Shown here in pieces: positions 11,830 through 24,800 of a DNA stretch of 64,000 nt (position 1 is its first letter; every line of letters starts with the position of its first letter). Made by a program: the position numbers and the translations under genes. The notes beneath the pieces are model-generated. The model had not been told where the DNA came from. It searched no databases and saw only the letters and a list, made by a program, of their open reading frames with translations. Origin of the DNA: Phoronis australis (lineage: Eukaryota > Animalia > Phoronida); NCBI GenBank assembly GCA_002633005.1, contig NMRA01000198.1:8045-72044 (forward strand). The letters are read 5' to 3'.

Positions 11830-12828
11830 CCTGGTGTAATGCTTACTGTGTTGCAGGTGAGTAACACTTGTTCTCACTTCATTGTCTCTTGTTTGAGGTT
11901 AACACTTGTCAAGGGTTGTTTCATGTTCTCAAGAAAATACAGAAAGCTGCATGCTATTAACGCCGTCTGTCCTCTTTTGAATGGACCTATCATTGCTAAA
12001 ATGGTGGATTGTGAAAAAGTGATTGTTGATTATTGCCCCGAGATTTAGCATAATATGCAGTGAGTTGTTTTGACCGAGCTTTGAGCAATAGTGAACTATC
12101 AGTTCTTGCAAAGCTCAGAAATCCCTTCCAATCAAAGTGAGGAACAAGTTGAGATCAGTTTTATTACTTAGAGCAATGGGTCTAAAGTCAAGATAGTCTT
12201 TCTTTAGCAAGGCAAAGGGAAAAATGCCTCAGTTGACTGTAATTGCAGAGCAAACAGATGGATTACATTACACTCTGTCGCAGCCCTTACTAACTCCACA
12301 GACTGAGCACTTCCCTTTCAGTTACTGCATTTTTGTTAGAGTCAGCTTTGTTGAAAAATCCTTGATGTCTGCATTGGAGCTGCACGCCGGGTTACTTTTA
12401 GTGCTTGAGCTAAAAATGTTTGTTGTTTGCAACAAAAGTCAACTGTGGCCCTTTCCCCAACTTTTGCATACTGGAATGAGAAAAACACTAAAGATATTTT
12501 GTAGTGCACATATCTAAGACTATTTTGAGATCATTTTGGTACACACTGTAAACCCTATTGCATGTGGTTGAAAACAATAAAAACAGACGAAGGTCCTTGA
12601 ATGGGAATGGTTTGTGTGTTTGATTCTTGCCACAGGGAATTCAATATCGCATTGAGTGTGTGTATTAGTAACAAGTGTCTACCAATGCTACCTTTGTCCA
12701 ATTGTATATCACTCAATTTCATTCTTATTACTCTGTGTATTCCATCTAGATCTGACGTAATACAGACGACACGTCATATTACAAGACTGACTTTTAATGA
12801 GAAGACATTTGATTAATGTTTGGCGACA

Positions 12829-12958
12829 AGATGGTGATTGGACGACTGTATGCTGCAGTTGACTGGCCGAGCCATTATGATAGTGAAGGTGCTGAGATGG
12901 TGATTGGACGACTGTATGCTGCAGTTGACTGGCCGAGCCATTATGATAGTGCAGGTGT
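12829..12958. repeat. 66-bp tandem duplication
   Basis: agatggtgattggacgactgtatgctgcagttgactggccgagccattatgatagtg occurs at 12829 and 12895. Confidence 0.9.
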
Positions 12959-13218
12959 TGATGATGGCGATTGGATGAGTTGGTGATGTCCTTAAACACT
13001 GTGACTATAGGACTATGATAGATGAACAAGTCGGGACACATCGGCCAGCGGTCAACACTGGAGTACTCTTGACCAATATGAGCTCTGCTCTTTTAATCTC
13101 ATTGTTGCTGTTTCGCTTGGACATTGCTTGAAATGCAGAATATGTCTTTGATTCGCTGTGTACTTGAAAATAAACGTAGTGTAAGAAAACTTTTATAAAT
13201 TGTGCCAGTATACATATT

Positions 13219-13665
13219 GGAACCATTCAAATATTACGTCATTTAAAATTTGCCCATTATCTTGCTGACCCCCTCCCGTCTTCACCAGTCATGTCCGCCT
13301 TGCCACCCCTCTCTAACCAGACCTTTCTACATGTAGCTGCCCCTCCTGTCTAGCCACTAATTATGTTACAGCCAAAACACCATTTGAGTGATATTAAATG
13401 CATAACGTTTACGTGCACATTGTTTAATTTTCTGTTTTGATGACAAAATGACCTTCAGAGGAAGACGTGACAACTTTGTCATCAAGGGCATTATACTGTT
13501 TTTAACACAGATTTTGTATTGTCTTTGCATTATTTGTGTCATTCAGTGGATGGTGTCACCAAACCTGGAGAACACCCCCTCCCCCCTCCTCCGCGTTCTG
13601 TCATGGATCATCATCGTTTCCAAAGCCACTCCCCATTCAGTGATGACATGATGTGTAAACTATCC
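13219..13665. mobile_element. Degenerate MITE-like element
   Basis: Decayed TIR pair (ggaaccattcaaatattacgtca / tgacatgatgtgtaaactatccc) with C-rich subterminal tracts. Confidence 0.35.
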
Positions 13666-13704
13666 CATTGTAAGGGGAAGTGAAGATTTAACCGTCAACT
13701 TCTA

Positions 13705-14130
13705 GTATCTGCTTGAGCATACGGACGTCATCAGAAATGAATTCACAATCATGTCTGGTTGAGTTGACAGACCACATCAGATATCAGCTCAGTGTGTGCT
13801 AGAACATACAAACAACATCAGACATTATCTTGCATTATCTACATGAGAATACAGACGGAATCCGACATCAGCTCACAGCGTCTGCTTGAAGTTACGGACC
13901 ACATCAGACAGTTCACAGTGTCTGGTTGAGTACAAAGACCACACCATATATAGTGTCTGCCTGAGGATACGGATAACATGAGAAATTGGCTCACACAGTC
14001 TGCTTGAGCATACAGACAGCATCAGACATTGGTTCACAGGTGTCTACCTTATCATACAGACGACCACATCGGACCTAAGCTCACAGTGTCTGCTAGAGGA
14101 TGCAGATTGTACCAGACATTACCTCACAAT
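13705..14130. repeat. Degenerate ~43-bp minisatellite, ~10 copies
   Basis: Recurring tgtctgcttgagcatacagac..catcagacat..gctcacag unit. Confidence 0.8.
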
Positions 14131-14499
14131 ATGTTAACCATATTGTGTGACACTGAAGCAGCATAAACAGTCAACTTATTCAACTTCACATACTTATATT
14201 GTTTACCTTTTTAATGCCTTTTATTTCATACTCCAACTTTCAAAGATGAAAAATATTCTTTGGATGTGATCAACATTCCGACACATTTATGACAAAGGCA
14301 CTCAGTCTTCAATGTCTCATACTTTCACATTTGTGTAGTACTACTGGCACATGCATCATTGATTATAATAATAAACTTTATTTATAGTGCAAAGGTTGGA
14401 TCAATTTTCTTATTTGACCAGAACTGAATTAAATGTTTGCAAATTACTGTCATCTCTGTCCTCATATCTACCTAGAGGGAGCTTCACGTTTCTGTCAAG

Positions 14500-15180
14500 T
14501 AGAGAATTTACCCTGCAATATTTGAAGAATGCAACTACTGGTATGCCACTTAGCGGCAATTTTAATTGTTTTGTGTTTGTTTTTTTAATCTAAGTGCCTT
14601 AACAGATCTTAACAAAATTTGGCAGACGTGTACGTCAGGGAGAGCTGTGATCCGACAATTTTCGGACTTCTCTTTCTTTACGTGCACCACCTAGTGGCAG
14701 CTATAGTATCTTGGTGTTCGTTTTTGGTATGCTTTTCTGTATCTGCCAATCAGTTTAAAGAAAGTTTATTAATTTACCTGAAATGTTCCTAGTCCAAATA
14801 CCACTTTGCCCTCAAGTAACAGATTTAGTTTTTGTGCCTACTTCGATATCTGTCATGTTTAATGAAATTTGACTGATGGTTTTCCAGTTAAGAAAGCATG
14901 TCCAACACTTTTTGATAAGTTAGGCTAATGTTATGCCCACTAGTGACAGTTTAAGTTTTAGCCCTGTTTCGATATCTACCAAGTTAGCTTAAGCGTTGTC
15001 ATGAAATTTGACAAGATTTCTAATGATTTCCACACGAACCCTGCTGTTGGTATGTCATCTGGAAGTGGGTTTTATTTTACTCTGCTACCAACCTGGAAGG
15101 ATCATTATGGAATTTGTAGGTGTGTTCCTGTTAGAGAAAACACTAATTAGTTGTCTTTCAGATGTAACCAACTAGCACTG
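14500..15180 (-). mobile_element. Decayed copy of the HINE-like family at 46906-48530
   Basis: Reverse-strand versions of the family motifs: caccacctagtggcag, gccacttagcggcaattt, gcccactagtgacagttt, atgaaatttgac. Confidence 0.45.
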
Positions 15181-16627
15181 TGGCGTGTTATTTATGGACA
15201 TTCACAGAGAGGTGTTTTGGGTAACATACTGTAAATTTGTAGTTATTTGCATACGTGTTAGTATTTCTAGTACAGTAATCTGCATACTTATTAGCCAATG
15301 ACTGGCCCATGTTACGTGTCTTGCTCATCCCTGAATAGTTGCAACATAAGCACATTCAGGATTATATTACGTTTTAAAGTAGATCACACATTATAAATTT
15401 TCTTGGTGTATGCTGATCTGTGTCATGTTGTAGCTCTATTGGATTTGCCATTAGTCATATAACCTGGTTCCAGGATGTAATCCCTGAACTCAATTTCCCA
15501 ACTGGCAGTACATACGGAGAGTTTGTTGTAGGTAGACACCGTAAAGAGTATTTATGGATTGCGATGTCAACTTCCGATTTTGGGAATGCTTTATGTTTGA
15601 GTGTGTCAATTGTTGTAATCATTGAGTAATTTACTCTAACAAGTGCCTAAACTTTGAAGTCGTGGAATTTTCCTTTAAACTGGGGAGTTTTCTGGTCAGT
15701 AATTGGTCCCGCTTAAGGTATGGAGAATATTCTAAGGTTCACCGTACAAGGAAATTGACGGTGATTTTGTTATAAAATGAAAAATGTCAAGTGTAAATAA
15801 GGATTAAACATTCATCCCCATAAATAACAATGCACTCAGTAACAGAATACACTAAATCTAATTCAGGTTCAAGTTGGGAGATTAAAGCTAGTTCCCTGGT
15901 CATGTACTTACTACAAAAATGCACTTTGGTTTGAATGTCATGTTTCAAATTTGCTTTTAACTAACCCTTCCATGCTAAAACAGGCAGTCAAGATCCAGCA
16001 TGACCCGATGACCTCTGCGTCTGGAGTTAGGGTCAACCCAGGATTAACCACCATGTGAAGAGGCTACAGGTCAAGCTATGCCAAGGTTAACCTATGCACT
16101 TCAAGGTGACCACGTGATCCAGGAAGATTTACTCTCTGGTGAAATCCCATTTGGTAGGTGCAGCATGAGTAACAACATTAGTAAGGAGGAATTATGTAAC
16201 AGGGCTTGGAAATTCCTCTTTTTTAGTTTCGATTTTCTCTTATTCAATTTCCAGTTTCCTCTTTTTTGCATCTCTTTTTTATCATTGCAAAAACGTTTAT
16301 TTCAGTTAAATTTTACAACAAAAGAATATATTTATCACACAAGCCTGTTTGTTTATGGAACGACACCTCACCTGGAAAATTGTCCTCGTTTTTGTCATTG
16401 GTCATTCTAAGCCCTGATCTAAGTGCAACACATAACGGCTCTTGTCAGCCCTGTGTCGTCTTTATGCACAGGTTCACATTACCTTTGGACTGGGACCCCA
16501 TGTGGATATACAGTTTTAATGACTCGGCAAAAATTAATCTGACTTTAATCACTTATATGTAAGCATGAAAAGTCTGGCCCCAATTCAAGGTACACACTTT
16601 AGCAGATCTCTGGACTTGGGAAGAATT

Positions 16628-16756
16628 GACAGATCATTATTACTTGAGACCAGGCGTTGTGCATAAACTGGCAAATCATTATTACTTGAGACCAGGCACT
16701 GTGCATAAACTGATAGATTATTATTGCTCGAGACCAGGCACTGTGCATAAACTGGC
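16628..16756. repeat. ~43-bp tandem repeat, 3 copies
   Basis: Unit atcattattacttgagaccaggcactgtgcataaactg. Confidence 0.9.
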
Positions 16757-17420
16757 CCAGGCTAAGTCAGCTTGTGTGCTCAAGCAGTAACAAAGTGTTA
16801 GTTATTCTGGTCTCAAATTGTTCCATATAGTCAAAATTGAGGTGATTTTAGGGCTTCGAAGGACAATGCAGTTGGTTATTGGTCGAGACCAGGCTTTACT
16901 AGTTGTCTTGTCATAGCATGTCACTAATGCACGGACCATAGTCTCAATGATCAACAAGCTGACAGTTCTTAGCAAACTCAGAAATCTCTTCTCATCACCT
17001 TAGTAAGGAACTAGTGGAGACCAATTTCACAACGGTAAGCTGTCAAATCAAAAGCTCATTTCTTGAATGGAACGTGGGTTTAAAGTCACTTAAAGTAGAA
17101 ACAAATGGATCTGTAATCTGTGTAATAGGTGATCTTAATCTTGTTTTAGGAGAAACCTGCATGGAATATGCTGCAGCTGTCGTAGTGGGGGTCCAGAGTG
17201 TTGAAAACCAGCAACAGGCTTCAGGAAAACTGACCTCTGGTTATCCGTTCACAAACAAGGCAATACTAGCAATACACCTGTGTCGACTCTGATAACACTC
17301 AGTCGACAAATTAATTTGTCAGTTCGCTCATCTGGACTGCACACTTGTGCACGGTCTCAAGGAATACCATTCTGTTATGATGGAGAAAAAATTTATCATT
17401 GCTTTCTGACATGATGTGGC

Positions 17421-17767
17421 TAAATCACTTACCAAAAAGCATGGAAGTCTTGCGAGTCGCACCTTTCTGCCCTCTCTCTAAGGGCCTTGTTCACTGACTG
17501 GATTTCCGTTGTGTGGCTGACGTGGTTTTAAAATACTTGCCAGAAAAGAACACTGGTACTCAAGAAAGGTCAAGGGTGCTGTCGACATTAGAACCAGATG
17601 CCCCGATTTGAACAGGGATCGTGGGTTACAGCTCCCAGCAGTGTACGACCCAATTCTAGAACCAAGCCAACCAAATGCGGGAAATCCAGTCAGTAAACAA
17701 GGTCCTTAGAGAGAGGGCGGAAACGTCAGACTCACCAGATTTTTATGCTCTTTAGTAAAGTGATTTA
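17421..17767. mobile_element. MITE with ~110-bp imperfect terminal inverted repeats
   Basis: Left arm taaatcactt...gccctctctctaagggccttgttcactgactggatttcc pairs with right arm ggaaatccagtcagtaaacaaggtccttagagagagggc...aagtgattta. Confidence 0.8.
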
Positions 17768-18950
17768 TCCATTTAACATCATGCTGTTAGTTCTTCACAA
17801 ACCTTGATGTTGATTTCTCATCTGAGTAAAAAACAAGTTTGACCAGTTTTAGAGCAGTAAGGGGTCTAAACAAACAATTGGCTTCATGGATGGAGCATAG
17901 GATTATTGCTGTAATAAGTCTGCATTATGACTTACATGAATGGTGGTGTGGGTATTCACCAAGTAGAGTATTTATTAGTTTTCTGCTGGCCCCAATACAT
18001 ATGTCGTCTTAATTCTTACGTTTCAAACAGTTTTGCATTTGAGTCACTGAACCTCAGACAGTTCACAGGTCAAGGTTTCAGTTGGAGTTTGACAGATAAG
18101 TGATACTGACACTGAAATTTCTTCAAAAACATGAAACAGTTTTTTGGGGGGGATTTCGTAGAACTGTACTTCTCGCTTACCAATGTCATTAAACTATGTT
18201 GAGGGTTTATTAGGTCAAAAACTCGCCAGTCCGCATGATGAAAGGCATGTGTGGTAGTGAAACAGTTCAGCTGTTTTAAGTTAAAAGTTGTCATTTTAGT
18301 CGTCATTTTCACCTAACTATTTGCTCAAACAGAGGCTTGTTACTAAAAATGTCACAAAAATCTTCACTTGGCAATATCTTACCTGTGCTGAGGACATACA
18401 CTTGATTGCAAGGAAGCCTGTACAACAAATTGGAAAGTATTTTTATGTATGTTTATTCTGAACATAAATACTTAGTTTATCACAACCAAGCCACACCTGT
18501 CAAAAACAATTTGATTTTGGCCACCTTCTAATTACACATGTATAATATCTCTCATCTCGTTCCATTCTCGGATTAGAACTAAGTTAAAACTTCCTCGTTG
18601 CTTCAGGCCACGCCCATTATTGTGACTTGTCCGTCACAGTGGGTTACTTCTAGCCACAATTGGAAGAATTCCAGGCGATTCATTAAAACAAGTTTTAATT
18701 CAAAGAAAGGGTATGAACATGACGACATTGCTTTTGAAGAGCTTCTGAAGGAAGATGTCATTTATAACAACAAGACTTGGTTTTTAACAGCCGTAACAAT
18801 GCAAAAAAGTCTATGTGAAGTCAAAATGGTAAATAACTGTAATCCTGTCAAAAACACATCAACAATTAATAAAATCAAGCTTCAGACTTCCTCTTGTATT
18901 CTGTTACAGGCCATCACTGTGTACGCCATCCAAACTACACTGGGGAGTTG

Positions 18951-21855
18951 CTATCGTATAGCGGTTTGAATGTCCTCACGTTTGTGCGTACCATCACAAT
19001 ATGGCCGATTGTTACTCTGTTTACAGTTACACAGCCAGACATCTTTGGTCTCGTCAACTTGGAATCTGATAGGACGATATTTGGGAACCCTTTTTACGTA
19101 GGCTGTGCCATCAAGTTTCCTGTGACGCCCATCGCAAAATGGCTAAAATAAAAGAATGCATAGTTTTCTTAAAATTTGATGCAATGCATTTTTGTCTCAC
19201 TCCTTCCACCCTGCTGAGTTCATTGATGTTCAATATGTACAGCAATAAATTTATTTTAAAACTACATACATTTTATATGTCTGACATTATTTGGCTCAGT
19301 TGCTCAGCCAAGGAAGTATATTCACTCGGTCTTGGGCCTCGTGAAAATTGTGACTGTAGGAAATAAGGTTAGTAACATGCACAACGAGTTGAAATGTGCC
19401 CACAAATGCCTGACAAATGGAGTGATTATAGAGGTGTATGAACATTCGATGGTGCAGAAAAAGTCTAACCCATCCAAAAATAGCAAGGCAACCCAATTTT
19501 GTCAGATTTCTGAAACTCCCTCAGGAAACTCCAGATACATGTACACAGGCCAGTGTAAAAAATAAAACTGCCACAAGCACGACAGTCGTATCCATTCAAA
19601 AGAAGTCATCTGATGTCATATTCATATGTACACAAAAGTGCAAAATTCCAATAACATTCTGCGAGGGGCTTGGCAGCCTGCCAGCTAGCTGTATGGATAC
19701 AGCTAAGTACCACTTTGTATATTTAGTACGGTATACAGCTTTGTACCAAGGCTAGGGACTTGTTAGATACAGCTGCAGCTGAGAACAAAAAAATGCCAAT
19801 AGGGGGCACCACAATAGTTGGGACTGTACAAAAATCTATATCAATCACGCCCTGACGAATAGGACCACACCAGCCAATTACATATATCATGTGAATGGTT
19901 TGATAAAAATAAAGGCAAAAACAAAACGGACTAGGACATGCATGGCCATACACCTAGTGCATCCAGAAATGGAAAGGTATTCTCGTCTCCTTAATAGAAA
20001 CCTTTTTGTAAAATTTTATGAAAATCCAACAAGGGATTGTGAAGATACTGCACTTAACATTAAAAAATAAAATTGGCGTTACACGGCACAGTAGTAGTCC
20101 TCCCTTGTCACATTCATAGAAAAACATGTCAAACTTCACAAACATCCTACAATGGGTTGTGAAAATACAGCCACGAAAACAAAAACATATCAAAAGGCAC
20201 CACAGTAGTCGGAGCAGTCTGAAAATCAACAACAGGTGTGGACTTTTCACATTTACTTAAAATGTTCCACTTAGTAAGTCCCACAGCTGCAGTACTGTAC
20301 ACAAGTTGATCTGGACAGGGAACTAGCAACTTAAATCTTCGGAGATTTCCCGCGATGATAATCTGTAATACGATTCAACTGTACTAAATAAAACAGCTGA
20401 CAGATGGTGTCAAGGACATGTACTTCACCTGATTACGACTGTGGCCACAGGAACACCAGGCATATGTCTTGCCACCTTCTGCTGTCCATTTAAATGGCTT
20501 TTTGTCATAGATTTTCCCTTTTGGATATTCCTCATCATATTCTCCTGTAGTCATTTTAAACGAGAAACAAACTTAGGGTTAGAACACATCAGTTGGGAAG
20601 TTGAATTTCTACCAATGTCCAAAGCCCTGTCAACATTCGCTTTGAGTCAATAATATCCAAACAGTGCAAATACGCTGCCCAATGAGTGAATTTATACTCT
20701 TTATTTGAACATTCACAATTCAAATTAGGAAGACAAAGTGAGCAGGGTAACAGTCCATTCACTGTAAATTTAACTAGACAAAAGAAACCAGACTATTTGA
20801 AGCCCACTGATTTGAGCACAAAGTGAAAGATTCCAAGTCTAAACAAACCCGTAATTTAACCCAGTTGGCATAAATTCTTGATTCACCATCGAGCAGTGTG
20901 GATTCACGATGTCACTTCTCACAGTTGCAATGCTATTTAGAAGGTAATCTTGGCGCATCATACAAGTCGTGATAATGGTCATTTGACGACTGAATAATAT
21001 TTAATGTATGAATTATAAAGAGAATACTTTATTTCAATTTTCTTTACAACTTAATTGTACATAGCACATAATTATATCCACCTTAACATTTCCAATTGGA
21101 AATCAGAAAGAAGTGGCTACTAACAATTATAAAGAAATTTAGATAAATTTTTAAAAACGCCAAAACCTGTAGTACCGGTAGAGCGATTCCACAAGAAATC
21201 AAAATGTTGCATCCATGTAATCAACACTCCCAGTTTGATGGAGATTCTGGAATAACTTTCAAAGCACAGATATATTCCATAATCTCCAGAACAATCCAGC
21301 AAACCCATCAAGTCATCCACACTTAGAGGAAGCCAGGGTGACCAAATAGTCAAAAATCAAAACCACACCGTATGTAAAATCAAGTCCGAGCAGCAAAGCC
21401 TGCAGCCAAGGAGGGTGCTACACATGTGAATGTAACCCTCACTAACAGCTAAGGTGATCTAAAGGAGCAGCCCAAAGATGGTGATACGGATGCTAAGGTA
21501 ACCCCCATCAGCAACCGAGGTGCACTGACAACCACGGGTGTTGAAAGAAGGTCAAGTATGACAATTGGTACTAAGAACAATAAAGTACATGTTACCAAAG
21601 AGTCTTTAAGTACAACAACTGTTTAACATTTCGGAAGTACATAGAGCTTGCGATCTAATTAAAAATCTTGAACTTCTCTTTAAACACCGCTTTGATGGCA
21701 GTGCAAGTGGATTTCAACAAATGAAAAGGTTTTTGAAACTTACCTGGAAATTTCTCCTTTTCGAACCTGTCACTTGCTAAGTCTCTTTTGAATGTTTGCT
21801 TGACAGGGTCCCATTTATCTGGGTCCATGTTTTTATAGCGTCGTAACCCCATGAC
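18951..21855 (-). CDS. CISD3: CDGSH iron-sulfur domain protein 3 (MiNT/Miner2), two CDGSH motifs; N-terminus uncertain
   Basis: Not in the ORF track. Phase-consistent exons 21855-21744, 20544-20429 and 19142-18951 (TAG) give ...KFPGEYDEEYPKGKIYDKKPFKWTAEGGKTYAWCSCGHSRNQPFCDGRHRK...RPIRFQVDETKDVWLCNCKQSNNRPYCDGTHKREDIQTAIR*. Tandem CDGSH domains without a TM segment are typical of CISD3. Confidence 0.92.
19380..20330 (+). mobile_element. Decayed HINE-like copy in CISD3 intron
   Basis: Start 'acaacgagttgaaatgtgcccacaaatg' resembles the 5' end of the 46906 element; internal motifs aaactgccac, ggcaccacagtagtc and ctgaaaatc are shared. Confidence 0.6.
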
Positions 21856-24800
21856 CTAAAACAAATTTAATTATGAGTTTTAAAATCCCTGCGTGTCAGT
21901 AGTATATAATTTGAAATCAATGAGTAAATTCCCGTTACAAAAGCATGATAGTGATGCAAGTAAATGACATTTCATAGATTATTTTACAGTTAAAATGAAC
22001 AATGTAGCTGTTTGAATATCGGAGTTACAAAACTTTCACACAGTCGAACATGCTACATTTTCGTGTAAGCAACATTACTGCAAATCGATATTTTAGTGAA
22101 CTGAACAACCACCCTTCATTCTTGACAGTTTTGCACACACCAATCAATGACCAGCTATCTTTTTACATTTCCCTACACATCAAGCTGGCTGGTACCCACT
22201 TCCTAATCTTGGTGCACTGCTGTAAAAATACAAACATACTGCTTTGGAATGATGTGGGTAAAGAACTGGTGAAATAAAAACTGACAAAATTTATTTCATT
22301 TAAAACTACTCCAAGTTAAGCAAACTAACATAAGGCACCGTCATACAAGCGACAATGTCCTGGGGAGTTGTGGTCAGTTTGAATGGTTAACTTTCATTGG
22401 TTTTGGATTAAATTTAACAGTGCCAGTTAACTTCGCAGTAAATAGGTGGATTTAACAGCGGAGTGTCAACGCTGTAGTGTGGTATGAACGGTCAACTTCA
22501 GTCTCATCAAAACTATCACCAGGGGCCACTGATATCAATTAATGGACAGTGTACTTATTAATAGCTGCTTATATTTTCCTCAAATAATCATCAATAGAAT
22601 TAGAAACAAGTTTTGTTTCAATTAGCATAAAGTCATGTAAGTGTTCTCAAATGGTCACATTAAAAAAAATCTTGGCATGCAGGGGATGCATTACTTTGAG
22701 GACCATGAAAATAGATTGAAATCTGATGGTCAATTTCTGTTTTCACTGACTATTCAATTCACAGTTCTTTTTTCACAATTAGTTTGCACACAGTTCAGAA
22801 CAAGAAGTGGTTGCAATTTGTTAGTACTTTTGACTATTTTAGTACCAGTGAAGGAAAATTCTGAAGGAGCATTTCTTCAGCGAACTTGTCACCATCTTTC
22901 GAAAGACATCTCTTCTCTAAACCAAAAAAACAAGCAAATGGCACGTGTCCTGTCAAATGGAAAAGAGGGATTTCAGCAAACTACAAGTCACCAATGTCAC
23001 CTTAGATTGGGTTTGGTGACCTGGGAAAAATTCGGTGGCCACTGCAAGTATCAAAGTCAGACAATAATTCCTGCTAAATTCATTACAATGTTCATGCTGA
23101 TCGATTTCCCAAGCTTTAAATTACTGTTAAACAGTTTTCCTAGATATATTTGATTCACAATTATTCCATTGATTTTATGAAATCGCACAGCCTCCACGCT
23201 TAGGGCATTTACAGGGAAATCAGAGCAGTGGTTGGTGCTACGTGGCCGTTCGACCGTTTTTTGTTTTTTTGGTCGATTTGTACGCCAGACAGTAATTCTC
23301 AGAATTGATTTGGACACCTAAGATTTTCACTGGGATTTTCCCCAGGTCACCAAATGCGATTTGGCATTTAGCTAAGCGTCGACCGCTGGATCTCCTTTTT
23401 ATGACATCTTTACCAACATTGATTCCTAACAATGTTTTGATTGTGAGTAATAGACATGCGCAGCTAGTTGGCTGACTAAATAGTTTCAAAGTTTTAAATC
23501 ACTTTTACATATTCATGCGTTCGCCTTGTCACGTAAATTTTCAGCACGCCGCACTTAGCAAAATTGTCAATTTTAAATGAAACATCAGTGTCACGTTAAA
23601 GTTCATAGGCCCATTCATTATACTCACCAGCCCAATGCATACATGTCAACTCTAATGGATTACCCTAAGTTTTACGGATGGTATGGCATGCTAAGTCCTT
23701 ACAGCCACAAGGAAAGAATTTTACAGGTTTGTTCAAAAGTATTTCTAAGTTTATATAAACTTTTTAATCAATGCTAGATTTAGATTGACCTTTCACTAAC
23801 AGACTTTTTAATTGGCAAACAAAATAATAAAACATTACATTTTTGGCTAAGTTAATGTTTAGATCGCACCTAATTCTTAAAATTTTCTATTTGCGGACTC
23901 CCCCAATTTTCCCAATTTGATCCACTGCTGTGACCTTATTACGGCTCACCAGAAGTGGCCACTTACGTTTTTGGAGTCTGTAAGTAAAGGGCTATCCAAC
24001 AAAGAAAGGAGTTTTGAACTTGGAGTCAAAAATTTTTAAGGTGCTAAAAGCTATATTCGACAGACAGCGTGAGGAAAAGATGCCTTAATGGATTGAAATT
24101 GTGTTCTGGAGACACGTGGCTTAAAAAAGCCTATCATACTTTAATATACCACTTAAAATTGCAAAAAATGAATATCATTCTTATAGTAGTTTACCCACTT
24201 TACATTGCATGCCCCCGTAGCATGATGCATCATATTCACAATGGATTGTAGGTAAAATCCTATCCAACGCCGACAACACTCTTACATACACCACAAGCAA
24301 AGCACGTGACCTCACACCTCGTGAATATCTCGCGCATAGGTATACAATTTCTACGGTCTCGCCTCTTTTGAATGCAGCCGTGCAAAATTGGGTCCAATAC
24401 ATCCAACAAATCTCCACTTAGGTGCGCATTCATTATTTTTTGCTATTCATGAAAATTTCCATTACAAGATTTTTCCCCCGATCGCCACCCCCCCTCCAAT
24501 CGCCAACACAAAATTAATGTCATTAAAAAATAGTCTTCCTCGAGTAAACTAAATTATTTAACGATGTTCGAAAAAATAGCATTCTGCCGTTATTCTGCTG
24601 CTAAAGTTGAGGAGCGATCTTTAGCGTCGGCTTTCGGTGCCATGAAATATTGCGTCACCTATTGGCCAGTTTTTTTTTTCGCCGATTCTTCAATCAACTG
24701 CTCTTCTTTCACGAGGTTGCGTACACGTCACAACAAATTCTCGGAATTTGGTTTCACTTCATTATAAATTTTTAGAATTTTGATACCGAAAAACCGAATT

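Noticed and set aside
15960-16200. GC-balanced segment that might be a structured RNA or retroelement leader
   Set aside because: I could not match it to any RNA family or build a convincing fold by eye.
20573-20583. CTAACCCTAA on the minus strand resembling a telomerase RNA template
   Set aside because: Lies ~30 nt upstream of a CISD3 acceptor, where CTAAC is an ordinary branch-point motif; no other telomerase RNA features seen.
22641-23153. 170-aa plus-strand ORF
   Set aside because: Non-ATG start, no domain motifs, antisense to the CISD3 5' region; likely a chance ORF.
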